Below, piece by piece: positions 34,925 through 44,138 of a stretch of DNA of 64,000 bases (position 1 is the first letter of the stretch; each line of letters starts with the position of its first letter). The DNA lies in NCBI GenBank assembly GCA_963850905.1, contig CAWKMU010000003.1, forward strand, positions 2,880,001-2,944,000, written 5' to 3'. The DNA is from an uncultured Gemmatimonadales bacterium. Lineage in GTDB: Bacteria > Gemmatimonadota > Gemmatimonadetes > Gemmatimonadales > Gemmatimonadaceae. A model generated the notes under the pieces. That model had not been told where the DNA came from, did no database searches, and saw only the letters and a program-made list of their open reading frames with translations. A program made the translations under genes and the position numbers.

Positions 34925-36010
34925 GTGGCGACCGCCGGTTGCGTGACGCGTATCGATGCGCAACCACACCGGGCACCAGCGGCGCAGTTTGGCCGCCCGC
35001 TCCGGGTCTCGCGGCTCTACACCGGGCGACTTCCCCGAGGGAGGACGCCCGTTCGTTTGTCACCACTCGCCGATTATTCCGCTGGGACCGCGCACCGCAT
35101 CGCCGTCCGCGCGACGAAAGCGATGGCCACTGGCCTCGCCGTCGCGACGATCGCATGTCAGTCGGCCGCCGGCCGCCAAGGCTCGGCGTCCAGCGATGCG
35201 AAAGGCGTGGTGCGCGATGACTACGGCGACCAGGTCGTCACGACAGGCCCGGCCCCCACACGTGTCGTGTCGCTCAACCCCGCGACGACTGCCATGCTGT
35301 TTGCCATGGGCGAGAGCGCGCGCGTGGTCGGTCGGACGCGATGGGATACGTATCCGCCCGGGGTGCTCGCCATTCCGAGCGTCGGCGACGGCCTCCGGCC
35401 GAGTGTGGAGGCGGTACTCGCCCAGCATCCAGACCTCGTCGTACTGTACGCCAGCAGCGACGATCGCGCAGCCGCGCAAGCGTTCCAGCGCGCGGGAATC
35501 GCCACCGTCAGCCTGCGAGTCGACCGCGTCGGGGATTTCACCCGTGCGCTCGATCTCCTGGGCCTCGTGATGCACGACTCGGCCGCCGCTGCCACCGTCC
35601 GAGACTCGGTCCTCTCGACCATTGCGAATGTGCGCGCGCGAACGGCCGGGCTGTCCAAGCCGACCGTCGTGTGGATTCTCGATGAGTCCCCGCTCCGCGT
35701 GCTGGGCGCTGGCAGCTACTTGAACACGTTGCTCACCGACGCTGGCGGCCAGAACCTCTACGCAGACCTGGCCGATCCGGCGCCCCTGGTATCGCTCGAG
35801 GACGTGTTGCACCGCAATCCTGATGACCTGCTCGTCTCCCCCTCGGCAGCGTCGGCCATGCGAACGGATCCGCGGTGGCAGAGTTGGTTACACGACGCGA
35901 GCCATCGCGTGGTCGTTCCCGACACGGCGCTCGTCGGGATGCCGTCGGTGCGCATGGGGGAGGCGTCGGTGCAGATCGCCGCGCTGCTGCATCCAGCTGG
36001 AGCCCGCTGA
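34925..36010 (+). CDS. btuF: Cobalamin ABC transporter substrate-binding protein
   Basis: RVVSLNPATT.MLFAMG, VVGRT, GSYLN...AGG.N; start uncertain (GTG 34925, GTG 34943 or ATG 35123). Confidence 0.85.
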   Translation: MATAGCVTRIDAQPHRAPAAQFGRPLRVSRLYTGRLPRGRTPVRLSPLADYSAGTAHRIAVRATKAMATGLAVATIACQSAAGRQGSASSDAKGVVRDDYGDQVVTTGPAPTRVVSLNPATTAMLFAMGESARVVGRTRWDTYPPGVLAIPSVGDGLRPSVEAVLAQHPDLVVLYASSDDRAAAQAFQRAGIATVSLRVDRVGDFTRALDLLGLVMHDSAAAATVRDSVLSTIANVRARTAGLSKPTVVWILDESPLRVLGAGSYLNTLLTDAGGQNLYADLADPAPLVSLEDVLHRNPDDLLVSPSAASAMRTDPRWQSWLHDASHRVVVPDTALVGMPSVRMGEASVQIAALLHPAGAR

Positions 36011-36014
36011 CCCA

Positions 36015-36998
36015 ATGCGCGTTCGCTTCTGGATCGTCGCAGTCGCAGCGCTCGCACTGGCGGCACTGCTCGGCGTGGCGCTCGGCGCTGTCCCGCTCTC
36101 CCCGGGCACCGTGTGGTTGGGCCTCATGGGGCACGCCGACCCGACGGTCGTCGCGATCGTTCGGTCCGTGCGACTCCCGCGCGTCGTGCTGGCCGCGTGC
36201 GTGGGAGCTGCCCTGGGGATGAGTGGCGCGGCAATGCAGGGGACGCTCCGCAACGCGCTCGCCGAGCCCTACTTGCTCGGTGTGTCCGGCGGGGCCGCGG
36301 TGGGAGCGGTCATCGCGGTTGCCGCGGGTGCGAGTAGCTCCGTGGGGGTGCCGCTGGCCGCATTTGGCGGAGCGGTTGTGGCAACCGCCCTCGTGATCGG
36401 TGTGGCCCGGGCCGCTGCCGGCGGACGAACGGATGTCCGGCTCTTGCTCATGGCGGGTGTCGTGGTCGGCGCATTCGCGAATGCCGCGATCATGGTGACC
36501 TATGCGGTCGCACCGCCGGAAACAGTGCGCGGCGCGCTGTGGTGGATGATGGGGTCTGTCGATTCGGCCGACTGGACGCGGGTGCGATGGCTCGTGCCGT
36601 ACGTGATCGTCGGGGGTGGCGCGCTCCTGGCGTGGGGACGCGAGATCGATGCGCTGGCGCTCGGTGACGAAGCGGCGGCGGGACTCGGCGTCGATGTCCA
36701 GAGCGCCGGCCGCCGCGCGTTTCTCGCGGCCGGACTGTTGGCGGCTGCGACCGTCGCGGCTGCCGGCCTCGTCGGGTTCGTAGGCCTCGTTGTCCCGCAC
36801 ATCGTGCGCGGAGCGGGCCTGCACCGGCACCGTCTCCTCATCGCCGGTGCCGCGCTCGTCGGCGGCACGCTCGTCGTCGCCGCCGATGTCGTCGCACGCG
36901 TGGCGCGGCCGCCCGCCGAGCTCCCGTTGGGCGCGGTCACCGCGATCCTGGGTGTGCCGTTTTTCCTCTGGCAGCTGCGGCGGATGGGCACGACGTGA
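36015..36998 (+). CDS. btuC: Cobalamin/iron-chelate ABC permease
   Basis: RLPR, RNALAEPYLLGVSGGA, GDEAA..LG, GFVGLVVPH, ELPLG. Confidence 0.9.
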   Translation: MRVRFWIVAVAALALAALLGVALGAVPLSPGTVWLGLMGHADPTVVAIVRSVRLPRVVLAACVGAALGMSGAAMQGTLRNALAEPYLLGVSGGAAVGAVIAVAAGASSSVGVPLAAFGGAVVATALVIGVARAAAGGRTDVRLLLMAGVVVGAFANAAIMVTYAVAPPETVRGALWWMMGSVDSADWTRVRWLVPYVIVGGGALLAWGREIDALALGDEAAAGLGVDVQSAGRRAFLAAGLLAAATVAAAGLVGFVGLVVPHIVRGAGLHRHRLLIAGAALVGGTLVVAADVVARVARPPAELPLGAVTAILGVPFFLWQLRRMGTT

Positions 36999-37846
36999 CC
37001 CCGGGAGCGAGTAGCACCACGCGTGGCGTCGCGGCGCTCACGTTCGACAACGTACAGGTGCGGTATCGCGCCCGCGCATCGCTGGCGATCGCCGGTGTGA
37101 GTCTCGACGCGATGTATGGCGCCGTGACTGCGATCACTGGCCCCAATGGGAGTGGGAAGAGCACACTCGTGCGAGCGCTCCTGCGGCGTGTCCCATTGGC
37201 CGGCGGACGCATTCTGGTGGATGGCACACCATTGTCATCCGTGCCGTTGCGCCTTGCGGCGCGTCAAGTGGCCGTGGTGCCCCAACGCGAAGAGTTGGCG
37301 TTCTCCCTGTCCGTCCGCGAGTACGTGGCGCTCGGGCGCTTTCCCCACGGTGGGTTGTGGGGCGGAGCCTCGACAGACGATGCGGCCGCGGTTGCGGCCG
37401 CGGTCGAACGGACAGGCATCGGCGACCTGGCGCACCGACAAACCGACGAGCTGTCTGGAGGCGAGTGGCAGCGTGTCCGGATTGCACGCGCGCTCGCTCA
37501 GGGCGGTCGTACGATCGTGCTGGACGAGCCGACGACGTTTCTCGATGTCGGCCACGAAATGGCCGTCTTCGAGCTGCTCGCTGGACTGGCCACCGCCGGG
37601 ATGGCGGTCGTGCTCATCACACACCAGCTCAACCTCGTCGCGCGATTCGCGCACACGGTGGTCCTCCTCCACCGCGGATCGGTCGCGGCCGTCGGGCCGC
37701 CGCACGAGGTCATGGCGGGTGCGACGCTCGAGCGCGTGTACGACTGGCCACTCGTCGTCGGCCAGGACCCCGCCGTCGGCGCGCCGATGCTCATTCCGCT
37801 GCGATCACGAGACGTCCCACGCTCTTCTTCAGGACACCGCCCATGA
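36995..37846 (+). CDS. btuD: Cobalamin/iron-chelate ABC ATPase
   Basis: GPNGSGKS, LSGGE.QR, LDEPT. Confidence 0.9.
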   Translation: MTPGASSTTRGVAALTFDNVQVRYRARASLAIAGVSLDAMYGAVTAITGPNGSGKSTLVRALLRRVPLAGGRILVDGTPLSSVPLRLAARQVAVVPQREELAFSLSVREYVALGRFPHGGLWGGASTDDAAAVAAAVERTGIGDLAHRQTDELSGGEWQRVRIARALAQGGRTIVLDEPTTFLDVGHEMAVFELLAGLATAGMAVVLITHQLNLVARFAHTVVLLHRGSVAAVGPPHEVMAGATLERVYDWPLVVGQDPAVGAPMLIPLRSRDVPRSSSGHRP

Positions 37847-39942
37847 GTTCAGATAGCCCCTCCCTGGCACGATGTCTCGCACGTCGGGCATACCTCGCCG
37901 CGGTGCTGGGGGCCGCCCTGGTGCCGGCCGCGGCGCGGGCGCAGCTCCCAATTCAGCCGGCCTCGTCGTCGGCCGATACGAGTCATCTGCCGGCAGTCGT
38001 CGTCACCGCGACGCGTGTGCCATTCTCCGAGACGGCGCCGACCGCGTCGACGACGGTCATCACCGGTCAGGCGCTACAGGCCCGCGGAATCGTCTCGGTC
38101 GCGGATGCGTTGCGCGACGTCGCCGGTGCGGCGCCCGTCGAGACCGGATCGATGGGAGGACTCACGTCCTTGTTCTTCCGCGGCGGCCAAAGCGGCTACG
38201 TGAAGGTGCTGCTGGACGGAGTACCGCTGAACGAACCGGGTGGAGTCTACTACTTCCAGAACCTGACGGTCGCCGACATCGATCGCATCGAGATCGTGCG
38301 CGGGCCGACGAGTGTTCTTTATGGGTCGGATGCCATGACCGGCGTCATTCAGATCTTCACCAAGCGTGGCACCGGCGCGCCTGCCGGGTGGCTCGACGTG
38401 AGCGGGGGGAGCTACAAGTCGTACGACGGGTCGGCCGGTTTTCAGGCCGGCGCGGGTGGGGTCGGATTCTCCGTCGGAGGGACCCGCCAGACGACGGCCG
38501 GTATCCTGCCGTTCAACAACCAATTCACCAACGGCGAGCTTGGTGGGCGCTTGGACCTGGGACGCGGCACGTCGTCGTCGCTCGCCCTCACGGGACGATA
38601 CCACACCGCCGACTACCACTTTCCCACCGTCGGCGATGGGACGCCAGTGGACAGCAACCAGCATCGCCGCGATGAGGGATCGACGTTCGCCCTCGATGGG
38701 GCCCATACCTTCTCTCAGGCCCTCGATGGACACGTCACCCTTTCAGCCAACAACGAGGACGCGGCCGACATCAACCCACAGGATGGACCGGCCGACACCA
38801 TCGGTACCTTCGCCTCGTTCGATCGCGACGTGTTTCGCCGCTTGGGAGCGGACGCACACTTCGACGCCCGTTCTGGACGCGCGGTGGCGGTCACCTTCGG
38901 TGGCAGTCTCGAGGGTCAGACGGACCGAAGTCGTGCCTTCGACGTTTTCAACTTCGGCGGCATCGACACATCGGTCACGAGCCCGGCCGCCTATTTCCGC
39001 CGCATAGAGGCGGGGTACGCGCAGCTGATCGCCAATGCCGGCTCCCAAGCCACGTTCACCGCAGGCGGGCGCCTCGACCACAACAGCGCGTTCGGGACGT
39101 ACGGCACCTACCGGGTCGGCGCAGGCTTCATCGCGACGCCCGGGACGCAGTTCCATGGTGAGTTGGGGACCGCGTTCAAGGAGCCCACGTTCGAGGAGAA
39201 TTTCTCGGCTGTGCCCTTCGACCTCGGCAACGCTGCGCTCCGTCCGGAGCACTCGCTCGGGTGGGAGGCAGGCCTGACCGAGGCGCCCATCGGCTCGACC
39301 GTCGCCTTCACCGCGACGTACTTCAACCAGGCATTCCGCAACATCATCGACTACACACCCGCGCCGATCCCTGTGCCGGGCCGCCCCAGTGATAGCACGA
39401 ACTACCTCAACATCGCGGGCGCTACCGCCGATGGCGCGGAGGTCGGCCTGTCGGCCGGCCCGATCGACGGCGCGACCGCGGATCTGGAGTACACCTATCT
39501 CGATTCCCGGGTGACCGCGAACGGCGTCGATACGACCGGATACTCCGAGTACCGCGTTGGCACCCGTCTGATCCGTCGACCGACACACCAGTTCAGCGGC
39601 ACACTCGGGCAGACGCTGTCAACGCACGGCTTCTTCAGCGCGACCCTTCGATTCGTGGGCACGCGCGACGATATCAATTTCAATGCACCGACGGGCACAT
39701 CGGCTCGAGTCGTCCTGCCGGGCTACACCACCATCGACCTCGCTGCCCAATACAATCTGGCTGGCAATGGCCCCACGGGCCGCGGCTTTAGCCTGATCGC
39801 GCGCGTCGTCAACCTCCTCGATCGCCGCTACCAGGAGGTGTACTCGTACGATGCCCCAGGCCGGGTCATCTTCGTCGGATTCCGGATCCTGGCCAGTGGC
39901 GCCCCGGCCGCTAATACATCGGCGCGATCGACGGGGCGCTAG
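37843..39942 (+). CDS. btuB: TonB-dependent receptor (BtuB-like)
   Basis: VVVTATR, plug motifs FRGG..VLLDGV and IDRIEIVRGP.S.LYGSDA.GVI, NLLD..Y. Confidence 0.88.
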   Translation: MSSDSPSLARCLARRAYLAAVLGAALVPAAARAQLPIQPASSSADTSHLPAVVVTATRVPFSETAPTASTTVITGQALQARGIVSVADALRDVAGAAPVETGSMGGLTSLFFRGGQSGYVKVLLDGVPLNEPGGVYYFQNLTVADIDRIEIVRGPTSVLYGSDAMTGVIQIFTKRGTGAPAGWLDVSGGSYKSYDGSAGFQAGAGGVGFSVGGTRQTTAGILPFNNQFTNGELGGRLDLGRGTSSSLALTGRYHTADYHFPTVGDGTPVDSNQHRRDEGSTFALDGAHTFSQALDGHVTLSANNEDAADINPQDGPADTIGTFASFDRDVFRRLGADAHFDARSGRAVAVTFGGSLEGQTDRSRAFDVFNFGGIDTSVTSPAAYFRRIEAGYAQLIANAGSQATFTAGGRLDHNSAFGTYGTYRVGAGFIATPGTQFHGELGTAFKEPTFEENFSAVPFDLGNAALRPEHSLGWEAGLTEAPIGSTVAFTATYFNQAFRNIIDYTPAPIPVPGRPSDSTNYLNIAGATADGAEVGLSAGPIDGATADLEYTYLDSRVTANGVDTTGYSEYRVGTRLIRRPTHQFSGTLGQTLSTHGFFSATLRFVGTRDDINFNAPTGTSARVVLPGYTTIDLAAQYNLAGNGPTGRGFSLIARVVNLLDRRYQEVYSYDAPGRVIFVGFRILASGAPAANTSARSTGR

Positions 39943-39961
39943 AGGGCTCTTACCTTTCATC

Positions 39962-40783
39962 ATGGCCCTCCTGGCGACCGACGCCGTCGTGTTGCACGCG
40001 TTCGACTATCTGGAGACGTCGCGGATCTATCGGCTCCTGACCCGCGAGGCCGGCGTGCAGTCGGTGCTGGCGCGTGGGGCGCGGCGGGCGAAATCGAGAT
40101 ACGGAAGTGCGGTCGACTTGTTCGCCGAAGGTGAGGCGCAGCTGTCGATCCGGCCGCACCGGGAGCTGCAGACGCTCACGGCGTTCGACGTCACGCGTGC
40201 CCGCGACGGGCTGGCTGGGTCCCTCGACCGCTTCACGGGCGCGGCTGCCATCGCGGAGCTCGCCTTGCGGTTTGCCCGCGACGATGCCCAGCCGGCGCTG
40301 TATGATGCCGTACGCGATGCACTCGATGCGATCTTGCGATCGGGCGATGAACCGGCGCGCCCGCGTGAGGCGGCGCTCGGCGGCGCGTGGCACATTGTCG
40401 CATGCCTCGGTTTCGCGCCGACGATCGACGCGTGCAGCACGTGTAACGCCTCGGTCCCGCAGACGGAGCGCGCGCAGTTCAGCCACACAGCGGGCGGCGT
40501 GCTCTGTGCCTCCTGCGGTGCAGTCCGACGCGGCAATCGCGTGCTCCCCGTGCCCGCGCGCGATGCGCTGCGCGCATGGATCCGCGGCGATCAATGGACA
40601 CTGACGGATGACGGCGACGGACGCGCGCATCAGCGGCTCCTCCGAGAGTTCCTGGCCGAACACCTCATGGAGGGGCGGGGTTTGCGAGCCTTCAATGTCT
40701 GGGAGCGGAGTGACTGGGGCATGACGCCGCAGACGATCGTGGTTGCAACACCGGACTTGGTGCCGCCCAGCCTCGCGCGGTAG
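39962..40783 (+). CDS. recO: DNA repair protein RecO
   Basis: Y.ETSRI..LLT.E.G...ARGAR; CxxC...CxxC zinc finger. Confidence 0.93.
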   Translation: MALLATDAVVLHAFDYLETSRIYRLLTREAGVQSVLARGARRAKSRYGSAVDLFAEGEAQLSIRPHRELQTLTAFDVTRARDGLAGSLDRFTGAAAIAELALRFARDDAQPALYDAVRDALDAILRSGDEPARPREAALGGAWHIVACLGFAPTIDACSTCNASVPQTERAQFSHTAGGVLCASCGAVRRGNRVLPVPARDALRAWIRGDQWTLTDDGDGRAHQRLLREFLAEHLMEGRGLRAFNVWERSDWGMTPQTIVVATPDLVPPSLAR

Positions 40784-40789
40784 GGCGGC

Positions 40790-42727
40790 GTGATCCTGGG
40801 CACCGCGGGCCACATCGATCACGGCAAGACGGCGTTGGTGCGAGCCCTGACCGGCGTCGATACGGATCGGCTGCCCGAGGAGCAGCGACGGGGCATTACC
40901 ATCGAGCTCGGATTTGCGCCCCTCCAGCTACCCGGCGTGGGGACGATCGGGGTCGTCGACGTGCCGGGACACGAAGCGTTCGTCCGCACAATGCTCGCGG
41001 GCGCCTCCGGCATCGATCTCGCACTGCTCGTCATCGCAGCCAATGAAGGCGTGATGCCGCAGACCCGAGAGCACTTGACTATCCTGGGACTTCTGGGCAT
41101 TCGGGCCGGGGTCATCGCACTGACGAAAGCGGATCTCGTCGACGATGAGTGGCTCTCGCTCGTGCGGGACGATGTCACATCGCTGGTGCGAGGATCGGCG
41201 CTCGAAGGGGCTCCTCAGATCGCGGTATCGACCGTGACGGAGTTGGGGCTCGATGCCCTGCGCCATGCGTTGGCCGTGGCCGCGGCCGCGGTGCCACAAC
41301 GCGACGCCGACGACCTGTTTCGCCTTCCGGTCGACCGCGCCTTCACGGTTCGCGGCACAGGAACCGTCGTGACGGGCACCGTGTGGACGGGGAGACTGCG
41401 GAAGGATGACGTCGTTCACATCCTGCCGTCTGGCCGGCGTGCGCGCGTTCGGGCGCTTCAAAGTCATGGGACCGCGATCGATGTCGCGGAACCGGGATCG
41501 CGGCTAGCCGTCAGTCTGGGCGGAATAGAAATCGCGGATGTCCCCCGCGGATCCACCCTCGTGACGGATTCCGCGTGGGAACCGGTGAACGTGGTGCGAG
41601 CCGACGTACAGATGCTGGATAATGCCCCCGACCTGAGCGCGCGTGCACGCGTTCGATTCCATCTGGGGACGCGTGATGTCAGTGCTCGCATCGTGCTCGG
41701 AACCGAAGCCGGACCGCCGCGCTCCGGACTCGCAACGTCGCCACTGACGCCGACCCGCATCGTTCTCGACGAGGCGATCGCTGCCCGCGGTGGCGACCGG
41801 TTCGTCGTGCGAGCCGGCAGCCCTCCCTCGACGATCGGTGGCGGCACCATCACCGACGCGGCGCCCGGCCACGCGCGCGTGCGCCCGTGGCGCAGAGCCG
41901 CACAGCCGGTCGCCGAGCGGATCTGGGACATGGTGCGTGACGCCGGGGCGCGCGGAGTCCCCCGCGAGGCGCTGCCGATTCGGGCGGGCCTCCGCCCCGC
42001 CGAATTGTCTGGGCTCACGCGCTCGTTGACAGATCGCACTGAGCTGATCGGCGGCGTCTTCTACGATCGTGAAGCGATCGTGGACATCGAGCGCCGTGTG
42101 ACAGACCTGGTAGCGGCACATCACGAACGCACCCCTCTCGAGGAAGGCCTCTCCCTCCAGTCGCTCCGTAGCGCGCTGAATGCCAGCCCCGTGTTGGCCG
42201 ATGTCGTGATCGATCGACTGATGGCAAAGCAGGCGCTCGTCACGGAGCGAGGGCTGGTCCGACGCCATGGATGGACGGTGCGGCCGACTGCCGCACAGGA
42301 GACGTTGCTCGGCGCGCTCGAGCGTGCCGTGGTCCAGGCCGACCGAGAGCCCCCGAGTGTCTCGGAGCTCGCCGCGTCCGGTATGGGCACGCCAGACTCG
42401 GTAACGACTCTGCTACGGTTGCTCGATCGGCGAGGGGTGATACGCCAGGTCGAGAGCGAGCGTTTCTATAGTGTAGGCACGCTGTCGCGCCTGAGCGAGG
42501 CACTCCGCTCGGGCATGGCACCGGGTCGGGAGTATGGGCCCGCCGAGCTGCGGGAATTCCTCGGGGTGTCGCGGAAGTATCTGATCCCCTTGCTAGAGTA
42601 CTTCGACAGAGTGGGTGTGACGGAGCGACGAACGAATGGTCGTGTGCTCATGGATCCGCAGCGGGGAGGGCAGGGTGGGGTGCCGGCACCAACAGGGGAG
42701 ACGGACAAGCGTTTCGAACCAAGCTAA
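40790..42727 (+). CDS. selB: Selenocysteine-specific elongation factor
   Basis: ILGTAGHIDHGKT, DRLPEE..RGITIELG, DVPGHE, C-terminal winged helix SRKYLIPLLEYFD. Confidence 0.95.
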   Translation: MILGTAGHIDHGKTALVRALTGVDTDRLPEEQRRGITIELGFAPLQLPGVGTIGVVDVPGHEAFVRTMLAGASGIDLALLVIAANEGVMPQTREHLTILGLLGIRAGVIALTKADLVDDEWLSLVRDDVTSLVRGSALEGAPQIAVSTVTELGLDALRHALAVAAAAVPQRDADDLFRLPVDRAFTVRGTGTVVTGTVWTGRLRKDDVVHILPSGRRARVRALQSHGTAIDVAEPGSRLAVSLGGIEIADVPRGSTLVTDSAWEPVNVVRADVQMLDNAPDLSARARVRFHLGTRDVSARIVLGTEAGPPRSGLATSPLTPTRIVLDEAIAARGGDRFVVRAGSPPSTIGGGTITDAAPGHARVRPWRRAAQPVAERIWDMVRDAGARGVPREALPIRAGLRPAELSGLTRSLTDRTELIGGVFYDREAIVDIERRVTDLVAAHHERTPLEEGLSLQSLRSALNASPVLADVVIDRLMAKQALVTERGLVRRHGWTVRPTAAQETLLGALERAVVQADREPPSVSELAASGMGTPDSVTTLLRLLDRRGVIRQVESERFYSVGTLSRLSEALRSGMAPGREYGPAELREFLGVSRKYLIPLLEYFDRVGVTERRTNGRVLMDPQRGGQGGVPAPTGETDKRFEPS

Positions 42728-42844
42728 ACCGGAGACCAACGCCGACTTACGCCGCGCCGACGGGAACCGACTTGTGCGAGATTTGGTTGTCCTTGTAAGC
42801 TGTTGGAACGCGTGGTGCAGGGTGGGGTAGCTCATGGGGTCGGC

Positions 42845-42873
42845 TTGACAGAGTGGACAAATGAGCCTAACGT
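42845..42873 (+). promoter_or_regulatory. sigma70-type promoter
   Basis: TTGACA-17 nt-TAACGT upstream of the CDS at 42951. Confidence 0.6.
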
Positions 42874-42950
42874 TGCGGGCCGAACAAAACCCGTCGCTAC
42901 ACGCCCAGGAGCGTCTTACCGCACTTCTTTCGTCAGCCCGGAGTCTGTCC

Positions 42951-43499
42951 ATGCTGTCCCGTAAGGGGAACGCGCGCACTGAATCGCGCGGCCGACTGCG
43001 CCTGTGGCCGGTCCCTGGTTGGTTGAGTGGTTTTGCTGTGCTCTTCATGAGCGCGGCCGCGCTGTTTGCGCCGACGGTCGTCCGCGCGCAAACAGCGCAA
43101 CCGGGCTCGCCGCCCAGCGCCAGCAAGCACCAAGAAGGTGCCCTGCTCGCCCTCGGCCAGAACTACCCCAATCCGTTTAGTCCCGCCACGCGCATTCCCT
43201 TTAGCGTCGGCGATCCGCCCGTGTGCTCGGATCCGGCGCGCGTGTACCGCGTGAGCCTCAAGGTGTACAACCTGCTGGCCCAACCGGTCGCGGTGCCCGT
43301 GGTCGTCGACGGAACCGCGAGCTCCGCACCCATCGGCCAGCCGGTGCAGGCACTGGAGTTGCCCTGCGGTCAATACACGGCTTACTGGGACGGCACTGCG
43401 ATGGCGACTAATCGCGCGGTCGCGTCCGGGTTGTATCTCTACCGACTGGAGATCAACGGCAAGCCGATCGCCGCGCGGAAAATGCTGATCCAGCGGTAA
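42951..43499 (+). CDS. Small exported protein consisting of a FlgD-Ig/T9SS-CTD-like domain
   Basis: Signal peptide then LGQNYPNPFSP.T.I, LKVYNLL.Q.V, G.Y...WDG, ASGLYLYRL. Confidence 0.8.
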   Translation: MLSRKGNARTESRGRLRLWPVPGWLSGFAVLFMSAAALFAPTVVRAQTAQPGSPPSASKHQEGALLALGQNYPNPFSPATRIPFSVGDPPVCSDPARVYRVSLKVYNLLAQPVAVPVVVDGTASSAPIGQPVQALELPCGQYTAYWDGTAMATNRAVASGLYLYRLEINGKPIAARKMLIQR

Positions 43500-43604
43500 G
43501 CCGCGGCTCGCACCTGCACGCATCGCGACGCGACACCGCGCCGCTTTTTTTTGCGCGCGCTCGCCACTGACGTGCGCTTTGTCTACTCTCTGCTTTCTGC
43601 AGTT

Positions 43605-44117
43605 CTACTTTGTCGGGCCGCTGCGCGCCGCGGGGGCCGCCGTCATCGGCTTTGCGCCCGGAGATTTCGGGGGAGGCAGGGGAGCCGGAGGTTGGAACGG
43701 ATGTGGTGGCGGCGCGGCTTGGCCGAGTGCTAGGACCTTGCGATCGATGGCTCGCAGGATGTCGGATGCGCGCCCCGGAGGATCGGAGAGGTGACTCGCG
43801 GTGCTCTCGATCGTGGCAGGCGTCGCGTGGTACTTCCGCATGATCGAGTCGCGGATGGCCTGGCGACCTGCGCTGTCACGTGTAGTCTCGGGTCCGCCTG
43901 GCTGTACCGCGCGGCGCAGTTCGGCCATCACGGCGACGAATGCGGAGTCACTGAGATCGCCTGGCCGCGTCCGGTGCCCTCGACACCCCACCAATCCGCC
44001 GAACGCGACTAGAGCGGCGAGTTGCAGTCCGCGGAGCCCTGATTTGCGGCGACCCTGTCGAAGCCGGTGTGGCCGACGCTGATCCTGGCCCGGGGGGCGA
44101 TATGTTTCGATATCCAT
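43605..44117 (-). CDS. Hypothetical lipoprotein
   Basis: Lipobox GLVGC, helical core, Pro-rich tail; start uncertain. Confidence 0.6.
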   Translation of the reverse strand: MDIETYRPPGQDQRRPHRLRQGRRKSGLRGLQLAALVAFGGLVGCRGHRTRPGDLSDSAFVAVMAELRRAVQPGGPETTRDSAGRQAIRDSIMRKYHATPATIESTASHLSDPPGRASDILRAIDRKVLALGQAAPPPHPFQPPAPLPPPKSPGAKPMTAAPAARSGPTK

Positions 44118-44138
44118 CGAGAACGGGATAGGCACGTG

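Noticed and set aside
43500..43552. Terminator before the T7 run
   Set aside because: No compact stem immediately before the T tract; not confidently callable
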